Part shown: in pieces, positions 1 to 25,506 of the stretch | Position numbering within the stretch: position 1 is the first letter of the stretch | Layout: the number at the start of each line of letters is the position of its first letter | Origin: Macrostomum lignano | Taxonomy: Eukaryota | Reading direction: 5' to 3' | Length of the DNA: 64,000 nt | Assembly: GCA_002269645.1 (NCBI GenBank) | Contig: NIVC01001677.1 | Location: 62,001-126,000 of the forward strand | The notes under the pieces: generated by a model | Database searches by the model: none | Told to the model about the DNA's origin: nothing | The model's input: the letters and a program-made list of their open reading frames with translations, nothing else | Made by a program: the position numbers and the translations under genes

Positions 1-381
1 GTACACCGCTCCCAACTTGTACAGATGCTCCCAACTTGTACACAGCTCCCAACTTGTACAGATGCTCCCAACTTGTACACAGCTCCCAACTTGTACAGAT
101 GCTCCCAACTTGTACACTGCTCCCAACTTGTACAGTTGCTCCCAACTTGTACAGTTGCTCCCAACTTGTACAGTTGCTCCCAACTTGTACAGTTGCTCCC
201 AACTTGTACAGTTGCTCCCAACTTGTACAGTTACTCCAAACTTGTACAGTTGCTCCCAACTTGTACAGTTGCTCCCAACTTGTACAGTTGCTCCCAACTT
301 GTACAGTTGCTCCCAACTTGTACAGTTACTCCAAACTTGTACATTTGCTCCCAACTTGTACAGTTGCTCCCAACTTGTACT
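1..381. repeat. 19-bp tandem array (gttgctcccaacttgtaca)n, truncated by window start
   Basis: Direct periodicity; explains ORFs 17..490, 25..447 and 36..458. Confidence 0.95.
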
Positions 382-387
382 TGTCAC

Positions 388-570
388 CTTGTACGCTTGG
401 CCCAAGAGCATTTCACGACAAGCAACAGGCATTTTTTCACAGCTTAGGCTGTACTTAATTCGCCCCCACTCGGTCATGGAGTCTGCCTGAGTGATTAACT
501 TGTCATCAAGGAAGAACGCACAAGAAGCTACGCTAAAGTACAGTTCCTCAGTAGCTGAGCCAGTCAAAGC
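388..570 (-). CDS. Candidate internal coding exon of an unidentified gene (ALTGSATEELYFSVASCAFFLDDKLITQADSMTEWGRIKYSLSCEKMPVACREMLLGQAYK)
   Basis: 183-nt stop-free phase-0 frame between ttcgattag acceptor and AAG|gtgac donor, with an array just inside the intron. Possible upstream exons near 1040-1201 (tttttcag acceptor) and 1316-1471 (GGC|gtaag donor). No family recognised. Confidence 0.35.
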
Positions 571-1849
571 CTAATCGAAGCAAAATAGGAATTGACTTCT
601 TCTGACGCGAAATCAGCATTACTGCGACAGGGGCAGTGGAGGCTTAGTCCAGTCTGGCGGTTGCCGAGTAAAAGAAATTACCGAAAGATTTTGCCGGAAC
701 GCCCGCCCAGACCCAAGTCTCTAAGGCCAGTTCTCCCGAGGAAAATCGAGGCGAAAGAGGAGAGCATAGTAGGGGAGACGGCGAGGGCAGAACGTCATTA
801 AGATGAAAGAGGGCGAAAGAGGGGAGGAGAGTTATAGGCTAGAATTTTGGAACGGAGCGGAGAGAGGGAGAAGCAGTCGGGGAGAAGTCCCCAGGCTCCG
901 CATCCTCCTCTTTTTGGTCCGATGGCCACCAGGGCATCTCCGGCTGCATCTCTCGCTCCTCCCAACTGCTTGTTCCTTCTTCCTCCTTTTCCAGTGCTCT
1001 CAGACTCGGGGCCTGTCCAGAGCACACACCCACACATACTTCTCCTCCCATTTGACTGAAAATCTTGCTCAGACGAGAAGAGCGGATTGAGAAGGCCCTG
1101 ATATACACCGAGAGGGAGAGACGATCCATCAGCCAGAGAAATGGAGCTCGCATATCTCTAATGCAATTTGCCTCTGCTGCGCACTGCCAGAAGAAGTCCA
1201 ACTGAAAAATCTGACGGATTGACTCAGAGCCGGGGCTATTAGTTAGTCGAAGCAGAGGAAAATAGAATCAGTGCGTGCGAATTGGCAAAGCAAAACGCTT
1301 TTCTAATTCTCTTACGCCTCCAAGCCGGAGGAGATGAGCCTTTATAAATAAGCCCTTGGAAGTGGAAATTAAAATGTCAAATCGGATTAGCAAATGCGAA
1401 ACGAGCTGAAACACGATGGAGACAGTCGACAGAAAGTTGGCAACAAGTAGGGCAGGAATGCTACTTTCCATAAAAAAGAATTTCGTATTTTTTAGCTTTC
1501 GGTTTGCAGCGAATGTTTTTCATCAAAGTTGGAGCTTTTTTAATCATCGAAAGAAGATGAATAGCGCAGTTTTCTTCAATTCTGAATTGTTGTTATTCAG
1601 TGCAAATGGACTTTGGGACATTGGGTTGCAGACAAACGGAAAATAAAATCAATGCGCATATATTATGAATGAAGAGCTTGCTGATGTACTAGGGCGTGTC
1701 TCAGGACGAAATTCTATAAATAGAAGCAGTGTACATATGCTATACGTACATATCAACCCTGCTGCTAAAAATAGAACAAGTGTACAAGCGAGAAGAGAAA
1801 AGCCTAAAAATAGACTCAGTGTACATTGCGGAAAGAGAGTGGGCAGTTA

Positions 1850-2277
1850 CGGGGGCGTCGCCGACGGGGGAACAGGGGGACATGTCCCACCCCCCCCCCC
1901 AGTAAAAGATCTGGAGGGACATGCCAATGCTTTGTACCCCACCCCACCTTATGACCCGTTATGGAAATCAATAATTTTGCCGCAGGGCGACAAAACAGCG
2001 CCTGCGGCGCTAAAATGAGTGCTTGCGGCGCCAAAGTGAGTGCTTGCGGCGAAAATGAGTGCCAAAATGAGTGCTTGCGTCGCCAAAATGAGAGCCTGTG
2101 GCGCCAAAATGAGGGCCTGCAGCGCTAAAATGAGTGCCTGCGGCGCTAAAATGAGTGCTGACAACACCGATTCTGAAACTAATGTACATGTAGGAATTTA
2201 ATGTACATGTCATGTACATGTATATGTAGAATTCTTGGCTTTGTCCCCCCAACAAAAAATCCATGGCGACGCCCCTG
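1850..2277. mobile_element. Non-autonomous hAT-like MITE, copy 1
   Basis: 13-bp TIRs cgggggcgtcgcc/ggcgacgcccctg; perfect 8-bp TSD GGCAGTTA at 1842-1849 and 2278-2285; internal ~22-bp gcggcgctaaaatgagtgcctg repeats; related copy at 42451. Confidence 0.85.
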
Positions 2278-2367
2278 GGCAGTTAAACAAATCAACCAGC
2301 CAATCAGCATCCCGTGAAGATTCAGCTAAACAATTAACGGCAATTAAACCTTCTCACCTTGTTGCAG

Positions 2368-3747
2368 AGGCGACAAATTTAGTTTTCTATCTCGCAAGTC
2401 GGTCGAAGCGACTTCAGCAGACAAGGCCTCTGGTATTAAGCCCAGCTGCGACCAGGTGCAACGGTGGGGCGCCTCTTTTGATAGTCTGCTAAATGACAAG
2501 TGTAAGATTCGATGCTTGAATTGTTTCTTGCTTTGTGCTAACAGACCCGTGGCTTATAAACCTAACCATATACACGTATACGTTGGCAGAAAAGTACAGC
2601 TTTTTAATCAATAACCGGGCAACTATATCTACTGTACACTATCTACCCGAGCTAACCTACATTTATGTATACATAATCAACCCAGCCTGCCGTATCTTCT
2701 GTGTAAACCGATCTTGAACATTTCAGATGGCTTAGCACTTTTTCGCGCCTTCCTAAAGACCGAGTACTCGGACGAGAACATCGAATTCTGGATTGCTTGC
2801 GAAGAATATAGAGCGCTCAGCGGCCCAAAAAAGCAGACAATGAAAGCGCAGAAAATCTATAATGAATTTGTTGCTTTTCAGGCACCCAGAGAGGTGAGAA
2901 ACAGCATTTCGCTATTTTTTCATATTTTTTTAGTTCATACGTTATTCTATAGTGATAATATCCCAGCAAAACCAGCTGCACTGTAATAATTAAGTTCATC
3001 CAAGTTGCAACAGTTGAGGAAATGCATGATTTCTTTTAGTAATTCGATCATAAAACTTTGAGGTCATCGGAGTGGGTGAGAGTGGGTGAGAGTGAGTGAG
3101 AGTGAGTGAGAGTAAATGTGAGCGGGTGAGAGTGGGTAAGAGTGAGTGAGAGAGGGTAAGAGTGGGTGAGAGTGGGTGAGAGTGAGTGAGAGAGGGTAAG
3201 AGTGGGTGAGAGTGGGTGAGAGTGAGTGAGAGAGGGTAAGAGTGGGTGAGAGTCGGTGAGAGTGAGTGAGAGAGGGTAAGAGTGGGTGAGAGTGGGTGAG
3301 AGTGGGTGAGAGTGAGTGAGAGAGGGTGATTGAAAGGAGAAATGATAGCAAAGAGCCGAGAGGAGATCTGGAGTGGTATAGGGGCGGGGCGTGAAGAGTG
3401 AGAGATAGAGTGAGATAGTGAGGAGAGTGGAAGAGTGCGAGGTAGAAAGGAGAGTGAGGGGGAGAGTGGGAGAGTGAGAGGTAGAGTGGGAGAGTGAGAG
3501 GGAGAGTGGGAGAGTGAGAGGGAGAGTGGGATAGTGAAAGGGAGAGTGGGAGAGTGAGAGGGAGAGTGGGAGAGTGAGAGGGAGAGTGGGAGAGTGAGAG
3601 GGAGAGTGGGAGAGTGAGAGGGAGAGTGGGATAGTGAAAGGGAGAGTGGGAGAGTGAGAGGGAGACAGCAGTGAAGCACCCAGAGCTGGCTGTTCAGAAT
3701 CGATGAGCCACTTGAGCAATGGGGAAATTCGGCACTATACTGTACTG

Positions 3748-3797
<50 letters not shown>

Positions 3798-5285
3798 CTC
3801 TCTTGTTCCTCCCCCCCAGCGATAAAACTTCGAATGCACTTGTGATTTCCATCACTTAGCAAATCAAGTCGCCATTCCCTCAATTACCGGAGCTCATCTG
3901 CCCCATCTCTAAGCGTTTTGAGCAGCACTGGGGGAGCTGGGGGGCGATATGGATTTTTTCATAGCCCAGTAGCTTTTTTCAAGTGAATGGACTCGGAGCG
4001 ACTCGGATGGGGGGGGAAGGCGCTGTACTTTTCCAACCAGTCTCGTCAGGCTATCCGCGTTCATTAGCGAGGGTAGAGCAGACTTTTTCTCCCGGTTTCT
4101 GCTTTTAGGGAGTTTCTTTGGGAACTGCCTTTTGCTCGTCTTCTTTTCACTGCTTTTTCTATTACTCATTATCTCAGTTTCGCAGGCGCTAGTTGAGTCA
4201 GTCTCTTCTCTTCATCAGCCTTATAAATCTGTGCCCACTTCTGCGTGGGCGTATTTAAAGTAGAATCTGGGATTCTAGGAAACCAGCAAGTTTGGTAAGG
4301 CACTACTTTCGTTCTAAATAGTTAGTAGTGCAGATGTACTTGAACTTTCAGTTTCTTAATGAAATCTATTAGCTCACCTACAATAAATAATCATAGTTTT
4401 CTGGTGAATTAATAAATTGGATTGCTTATCTAGCCAACATCACTGATAAAGCAATAGAATGGATTGCTAATCTAGCAAAGTCATGATGAATAGAGGAATC
4501 GAATGGATTGCTAATCTAGCCAACATCACTGATAAAGCAATAGAATGGATTGCTAATCTAGCAAAGTCATGATGAATAGAGGAATCGAATGGATTGCTAA
4601 TCTAGCCAACATCACTGATAAAGCAATAGAATGGATTGCTAATCTAGCCAAGTCATGATGAATAGAGGAATAGAATGGACTGCTAATCTAGCCGACATCA
4701 CTGATAAAGCAATAGAATGGATTGCTAATCTAGCCAAGTCATGATGAATAGAGGAATAGAATGGATTGCTAATCTAGCAAAGTCATGATGAATAGAGGAA
4801 TAGAATGGATTGCTAATCTAGCCAACATCATGATGGATGAAGGAATAGAATGGATTGCTAATCTAGCCAACATCATGAAGGATGAAGGAATAGAATGGAT
4901 TGCTAATCTAGCCAACATCATGATGGATGAAGGAATAGAATGGATTGCTAATCTAACCAAAGTCATGATTTATGAAGGAATAGAATGGATTGCTAATCTA
5001 ACCAAAGTCATGATTTATGAAGGAATAGAATGGATTGCTAATCTAGCCAACAACACGGGCCCGCAGGTGAACCTGGACAGCACCACCCGCCTGGCAACTA
5101 TCAACGCCATGGGCAGTCCTGACGGTCACCTGTTTGAGCAGGCTCAGAAGCGCATTCAAGCCCTGATGGAGAAGGACTCATACCAGCGGTTTCTCCGCTC
5201 AGAAGTGTACCAGAACCACCTCAGAGACGCCGCGAAAAGCAATCCGGGTTCTTCTTCAGCTTCGACTTCTCTCGGAGGTCACTGA
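2368..5285 (+). CDS. RGS: Regulator of G-protein signalling (single RGS domain, R4/RZ-like); exons 2368-2501, 2727-2893, 5067-5285; upstream exon(s) not located
   Basis: Spliced frame [49 protein letters not shown]...APRE-VNLDS...[23 protein letters not shown] matches the RGS domain; GT-AG sites and phases are compatible. Confidence 0.93.
3062..3665. repeat. GA-rich composite array (gagtgggtga/gagtgggaga variants) in an RGS intron
   Basis: Direct periodicity; explains ORFs 2996..3883, 3048..3719 and 3064..3351. Confidence 0.9.
3748..3802. repeat. (CT)n microsatellite
   Basis: Direct reading. Confidence 0.9.
4416..5052. repeat. ~41-bp tandem array (gaatggattgctaatctagccaacatca...) ending 14 nt before the RGS acceptor
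   Basis: Direct periodicity; fuses with the last RGS exon to give ORF 4785..5285. Confidence 0.93.
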
Positions 5286-5573
5286 TGTAAATCGCCAGAG
5301 CACAAGACCTGTCACGCCTCATCGCTGTCCAGTTAATCTTCATCTAGTCATGAAATCTGATATTTTGACTTTGAACATAGTCCGCTTCAAAGCAATGTCA
5401 TTCTCTTATATAAAACTGTTCGTTTATAATTCTTTGATATTGCAATTCTCATTGAAGGAAGGTGTTTATTCTATACTCATTAAAACTGAGGAATGGTTTG
5501 GGTACTGCAGTTAAGTTTATTATAATTCTCTATGATATTCTCAGTTCCGTTGGTCAATCGTGTGAGTTCCAAT

Positions 5574-5897
5574 CCTGAGTCTGCCCCTCTGCTCCCCCCA
5601 GTCCTTGAGAATCTGCCCCTCTGCTCCCCTCAGTCCTTGAGAATCTGCCCCTCCGCTCCCTCAGTCTTTAAGAATGTGCTCCTCCGCTCCCCCCAGTCCT
5701 TGAGAATCTGCCCCTCTGCTTCCCCCAGTCCTTGAGAATCTGCCCCTCCGCTCCCTCAGTCTTTAAGAATGTGCTCCTCCGCTCCCCCCAGTCCTTGAGA
5801 ATCTGCCCCTCTGCTCCCCTCAGTCCTTGAGAATCTGCCTCTCCGCTCCCTCAGTCTTTAAGAATGTGCCCCTCCGCTCCCTCAGTCCTTGAGAATC
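5574..5897. repeat. ~33-bp tandem array (gtccttgagaatctgcccctctgctcccc)
   Basis: Direct periodicity. Confidence 0.9.
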
Positions 5898-6232
5898 CCG
5901 CAGGATTGCATAAAGCATTGTATATTGCAGCCCTGACTTCGTCCTCTACTTAAACTTCATCACCTATTAAAAGCAATCCTTGAGTAGATGTACTTTAAGC
6001 ATTGAAACTGTGTCTGCTTGGTCGATGTATTTTTCTAATTTTATTGTGAATTCGAAAATCTGTCTGTCTTTTGTTTTCTGTTGTTCCTTTAAGATAATTT
6101 TCGACATTTTCTGTCCTTTGTCTGTGAGTTCTTTTAACTGTCATCATTTATGGCTATAATAACTTGCTTTTGGCTGATCGGTAATATTTTCATCGTTAAA
6201 GTTGAAAAGATATGGAGGCTATATAAGATTAG

Positions 6233-6467
6233 ACGTTAGACGTGAGATTCAACATAAGATTAGGCATGAGATTAGAGGTGAGATTAAACATGAGTTTCGA
6301 AGTGAGATTAGACATGATATTCAAAGTGAGATTAGACATACATGAGATTCAAATTGAGATTAGGCATGAGATTCAGAGTGAGATTAGACATGAAATTAGA
6401 GACAAGATTAGACAGGATTAGACATGAAATTAGACGTGAGATTAGATATGAGATATGCATGAGATTA
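6233..6467. repeat. Degenerate array built on gagattagacat
   Basis: Recurring motif with irregular spacing. Confidence 0.7.
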
Positions 6468-6845
6468 AACACTAAATATTTAACTCTAAATGGGATTTTA
6501 ATCGAATATAAGGTATTATAGAAACGCTAGTTGTGATGCATGTTATTAAATCATAATATCAATTAAAACTAAATGCGTTAGTTTAACTGTTAAAAATGAA
6601 CTGTTTCAAAAACATGTTTGGACAATTAGCTCCTTAACTGAAATAAACTGTTTATTTTGCTTAAACTAATGCGACTGATAGACTTCTACATGCATTGAGC
6701 GACAGTTTGTACCATGTTGGCGTGAGTGTTGCTCGAGAATATGCATTGCAGTTGAACAAATAAAACCAATTTTGAATTCAGTCAGAACTAAAATTTGCTG
6801 CCTTTATCCTTTTAATTTGACTGTTTGCATTGATAGTGCTTCTTG

Positions 6846-7590
6846 GCGAAGCTTCGGGTTGAGGTGAATTACTGCTACAGGTTGGTGAAGCTTCGGGTTG
6901 AGGTGAATTACTGCTACAGGTTGGTGAAGCTTCGGGTTGGTGAAGCTTCGGGTTGAGGTGAATTACTGCTACAGGTTGGTGAAGCTTCGGGTTGGTGAAG
7001 CTTCGGGTTGGTGAAGCTTCGGGTTGGTGAAGCTTCGGGTTGAGGTGAATTACTGCTACAGGCTGTGAAGCTTCGGGTTGGTGAAGCTTCGTGTTGGTGA
7101 AGCTTCCGCTTGATGAAGCTTCGGGTTGGTGAAGCTTCGGGTTGGTGAAGCTTCGGGTTGGTGAAGCTTCGGGTTGGTGAAGCTTCGGGTTGGTGAAGCT
7201 TCGGGTTGAGGTGAATTACTGCTACAGGCTGTGAAGCTTCGGGTTGGTGAAGCTTCGTGTTGGTGAAGCTTCCGCTTGATGAAGCTTCGGGTTGGTGAAG
7301 CTTCGTGTTGGCGAAGCTTTGGGTTGGTGGAGCTTCCGCTTGATGAAGCTTCGGGTTGATCAAGTTTCGGGTTGGTGAAGCTTCGGGTTGGTGAAGCATC
7401 GGGTTGGCGAAGCTTCGGAAAAATGAAGCTTCGGGTTGGTGAAGCATCGGGTTGGTGAAGCTTCAAATAGGTCAAGTTTCGGGTTGGTGAAGCTTCAAAT
7501 AGGTCAAGTTTCGGGTTGGTGAAGCTTCAAATAGGTCAAGTTTCGGGTTGGTGAAGCTTCAAATAGGTCAAGTTTCGGGTTGGTGAAGCT
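6846..7590. repeat. 16-bp array (gaagcttcgggttggt) with longer interspersed variants and a 32-bp dimer block at the right end
   Basis: Direct periodicity; lies just past the stop codon of the orphan gene at 7596. Confidence 0.93.
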
Positions 7591-7595
7591 GTTTT

Positions 7596-8778
7596 TTACG
7601 GCATGGTGACACTTCTGAATGTCAGACTCGGACTCGTTCTCGGCCTGGCCGGTGTCAAAACTTCCAACTGTGCAGCAGCAGAATGATCGCTACCAATGTT
7701 TGTCGCCGACCTGTGCGGCAAAGAGCCGAGAACGCGTCTCAGCCTCTCGGCTTCATCGCTACTTGAGTTCGCCCCCGAGTCCAGAGCGAGCCGACGGCAG
7801 AACTGATCGATGCAGTGTCCGCACTTGAGCAGTTTTCCCTGCTCAACCTGCAGCAGCTCTTGCGTTCTCCGCGGCGGCGGCGGCGGCGCCTGCGGCGGTG
7901 TCGGAGGCTTCGGCATGGCTGACTTCGACGTCGTTAGTCGATTTTGTCGGAGCAGGAGGATTCGCTGAGCGGCGTCCCATTGGCGGCTAGCGGCGGTCTT
8001 GCACCGATCAAAGTGAGACAGCATGCCTGCCAGCTGCTGCTCTTCTGAGAACTGCTTCCAGTCGCCTTTTCTACGGGCGTTGCCTGCGCTCATCACGGCA
8101 GAGTGGTTGCTAGGGCAGTTGAGTAGTCGGTAGTGCGGTTGAGTAGTCGGTAGTGCAGTTGAGTAGTCGGTAGTGCGGTTGAGTAGTCAGTAGTGCAGTT
8201 GAGTAGTCGGTATTGCAGTTGAGTAGTCAGTAGTGCAGTTGAGTAGTCGGTAGTGCAGTTGAGTAGTCGGTAGAGCAGTTGAGTAGTCGGTAGTGCAGTT
8301 GAGTAGTCGGTAGTGCAGTTGAGTAGTCGGTAGTGCAGTTGAGTAGTCGGTAGTGCAGTTGAGCAGTCGGTAGTGCAGTTGAGTAGTCGGTAGTGCAGTT
8401 GAGCAGTCGGTAGTGCAGTTGAGTAGTCGGTAGTGCAGTTGAGTAGTCGGTAATGCAGTTGAGTAGTCGGTAGTGCAGTTGAGCAGTCGGTAGTGCAGTT
8501 GAGTAGTCGGTAGTGAAGTTGAGTAGTCGGTAGTGCAGTTGAGCAGTCGGTAGTGCAGTTGAGTAGTCGGTAGTGATGTTGAGTAGTCGGTAGTGAAGTT
8601 GAGTAGTCGGTAGTGAAGTTGAGTAGTCGGTAGTGCAGTTGAGTAGTCGGTAGTGCAGTTGCAGTTGAGTAGTCGGTAGTACAGAAAGTGTGTGCCCTCA
8701 GGGGTTCTGCTGCTGCAATGGGGGCAGACTCAGGTTTAAATTCAGTCACCTGGCAGTGAACGGTCGCATTTCACACAT
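7596..8778 (-). CDS. Hypothetical protein (~180 aa, Pro-rich middle); exons 8750-8778 (may extend upstream) and 7596-8109
   Basis: Long non-repetitive GC3-rich frame; CCAG|gtgact donor and ccctag acceptor join in phase 2 (MRPFTAS-NHSAVMSAGNARRKG). No family recognised. Confidence 0.6.
8110..8682. repeat. 20-bp array (gagtagtcggtagtgcagtt) filling the orphan-gene intron
   Basis: Direct periodicity; explains ORF 8093..8749. Confidence 0.95.
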
Positions 8779-9232
8779 TCGGAAATTGACGTTCACATGA
8801 TCAAACAGGAAGGCAAGTGGGTGTCGTTGGCAAATTTTTGCAATTTTTTCTGCATATCGCCTTTCCCTGCCACTTCCTCCTTGCTTGGTTGGGCGAGCAA
8901 ACACACACACGCACACACGCACACACAGTGAGCGAGGAGAAATTGCAGTCTAAGCTGGGATCAACCTAGCTGCCAGATCATATAGTATGAAGTCTACATG
9001 TAGATATGCTTCACTTTGTACTTTTATGGCTCACTCAGTATCGTATGGCCCATCCTTGATATTAAACAAGCGAAGAATGTAAATGCGCGCAAAAAATGAA
9101 TAAATTTAATTTTTCTTTCAATTCTTAAACAAGATTTCAAGACGGCATACAAATGAGAGGGAGCCAGAGTTAAGTAACACAGTGTACTTTGCACTGTTGC
9201 ACTGCCGATGGAATCTGATTTGCCACTTCTGT

Positions 9233-10389
9233 CAGTACTAGAACTCGTACTAGAACTCGTACTAGAACTCATACTAGAACTCTTACTAGAACTCGTACTA
9301 GAACTCTTACTAGAACTCGTACTAGAACCCTTACTAGAACTCGTACTAGAACCCTTACTAGAACTCGTACTAGAACCCTTACTAGAACACGTACTAGAAC
9401 TCATACTAGAACTCATACTAGAACTCGTACTAGAACCCTTACTAGAACTCTTACTAGAACTCGTACTAGAACCCTTACTAGAACTCTTACTAGAACTCGT
9501 ACTAGAACCCTTACTAGAACTCGTACTAGAACCCTTACTAGAACACGTACTAGAACTCATACTAGAACTCGTACTAGAACCCTTACTAGAACACGTACTA
9601 GAACTCATACTAGAACTCTTACTAGAACTCGTACTAGAACTCGTAATAGAACCCTTACTAGAACACGTACCAGAACTCTTACTAGAACTCGTACTAGAAC
9701 TCGTACTAGAACTCTTACTAGAACTCGTACTAGAACTCATACTAGAACTCGTACTAGAACTCGTACTAGAACTCATACTAGAACTCGTACTAGAACCCTT
9801 ACTAGAACACGTACCAGAACTCTTACTAGAACACGTACTAGAACTCTTACTAGAACACGTACTAGAAGCCTTACTAGAACACGTACTAGAACTCTTACTA
9901 GAACACGTACTAGAACTCTTACTAGAACACGTACTAGAACTCGTACTAGAACTCTTACTAGAACTCGTACTAGAACCCTTACTAGAACTCGTACTAGAAC
10001 TCGTACTGGAACTCGTACTAGAACTCATACTAGAACTCATACTAGAACTCGTACTAGAACTCGTACTAGAACCCTTACTAGAACTCGTACTAGAACCCTT
10101 ACTAGAACACGTACTAGAACTCATACTAGAACTCGTACTAGAACTCATACTAGAACTCGTACTAGAACTCATACTAGAACTCGTACTAGAACTCGTACTA
10201 GAACTCATACTAGAACTCTTACTAGAACTCGTACTAGAACTCGTACTAGAACTCGTACTAGAACTCATACTAGAACTCTTACTAGAACTCGTACTAGAAG
10301 CCTTACTAGAACTCGTACTAGAACTCATACTAGAACTCGTACTAGAACTCGTACTAGAACACGTAGTAAAACTTGTACTAGAACTCTAG
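9233..10389. repeat. 12-bp variant minisatellite (gtactagaactc), ~95 units
   Basis: Direct periodicity; open as Ser/Thr-rich (-) and VLEL (+) frames. Confidence 0.95.
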
Positions 10390-10645
10390 TGCAGAAAGTA
10401 GGTCTGTCAAAAATCAATAAATCCATAAGTATCTACTAAAGCCGTGTTAGCAGCGGTTATAAAACAATAGAGATTAAACTGATGCTCTGTGATGCTGCTG
10501 CAAAACAGCCGCGATCAGAAGCCAGGATGCACAAATCGTAGCTGCCATATATTTTTTCACTGGCAGTTTTTAACTTTGCAAAAAGTGTTTAACTGCGAGA
10601 GCTTCTGATACAGCAACTACTGTCAGTCAGAGGGTCCACACTTAC

Positions 10646-10783
10646 TACTACTGTGCAATATACTACATTAGTGCAATAGCGCAGTGTCGGATGGGATAAA
10701 TATCCCGCGCTCCATAAATAATTGTCACGAGCCTGCGCTACCACGGAAGTTGCCGAGCTTTCCCGACTCGCGCGCAGCATCAG
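10646..10783 (-). CDS. Candidate phase-0 exon (LMLRASRESSATSVVAQARDNYLWSAGYLSHPTLRYCTNVVYCTVV)
   Basis: 138-nt open frame between ttaccag and |gtaagt; no homology recognised. Confidence 0.3.
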
Positions 10784-10900
10784 CTGGTAAACTGCATGAC
10801 CTCTTTCAATCGAGTTTGTACTTTTACGTCACTGAGCTCGCCAGAAATATTTGCAGATAAACAACCCGGCAAATATACTACTAGGCTTGATTTAATTGTG

Positions 10901-10902
10901 TC

Positions 10903-10957
<55 letters not shown>

Positions 10958-10962
10958 TGGAC

Positions 10963-11005
<43 letters not shown>

Positions 11006-11010
11006 TGGAC

Positions 11011-11057
<47 letters not shown>

Positions 11058-11062
11058 TGGAC

Positions 11063-11113
<51 letters not shown>

Positions 11114-11193
11114 TGGACAGATAGACAGACAGACAGACAGACAGAAAGACAGACAGACAGACAGACAGATGGACAGACAGACAGACCAGACAG

Positions 11194-11224
<31 letters not shown>

Positions 11225-11263
11225 TACAGACAGAAAGACAGACAGACAGACAGACAGATGGAC

Positions 11264-11296
<33 letters not shown>

Positions 11297-11297
11297 C

Positions 11298-11334
<37 letters not shown>

Positions 11335-11337
11335 TAG
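10901..11337. repeat. (GACA)n microsatellite with variants
   Basis: Direct reading. Confidence 0.95.
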
Positions 11338-11937
11338 ATTTTACGTTCGCTGTGTTGCTAGCTTTTGTGTTTGTCAGTTTTGATTCAAATTACTCGTAGC
11401 GATAAATTAACAAACGTCCAAGTTGATAAAAGCAATTAACTTGAGCTCCCATTGACCTGAACAACGGCAAAACTAAACGAAAAAACAACGTTTATTTGTT
11501 AAAAAGGTAACTCAATATAAATAATCAAGAATGAGAGGAATTAATAATTAAGTCATAATTATCGCACAAATAAAATTCAGGTAAACTAATATTTAAACTG
11601 GAAGCAAAAAAACAATTTGGAAGACCAAAATTGCACAATAACATACCCATAGTACTTAGCACGAGTAGCAATATAAAAATGTCATGCTAAAACAGGCAAA
11701 ACTGCGGTAAAAGTGAATGGAATAGCGTCGAAAGATTGCACAATTCATGGAATTAAAAAAACTCGAAGAAAAACCTGTTAGCCTATTTTTTGTTTTAATT
11801 TTTACTACCAGCAGCATGTCCATAAAACAAAAGAATGTGACATTTATTGTAGTTTAAATTAGCAGAACTATGTCATGATTATAATAATAACTGCATTACT
11901 AAAGTTATTGCACAACTTTTGCTTACTTTAAGTCACA

Positions 11938-25506
<13,569 letters not shown>

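Noticed and set aside
592-1646. Short + strand ORFs as the RGS 5' end
   Set aside because: I found no convincing phase-2 donor or homology; the strand assignment here remains ambiguous.
3909-4300. Degenerate Penelope/LINE fragment on the minus strand
   Set aside because: Only a vague compositional resemblance, with many stops and no diagnostic RT or GIY-YIG motif.
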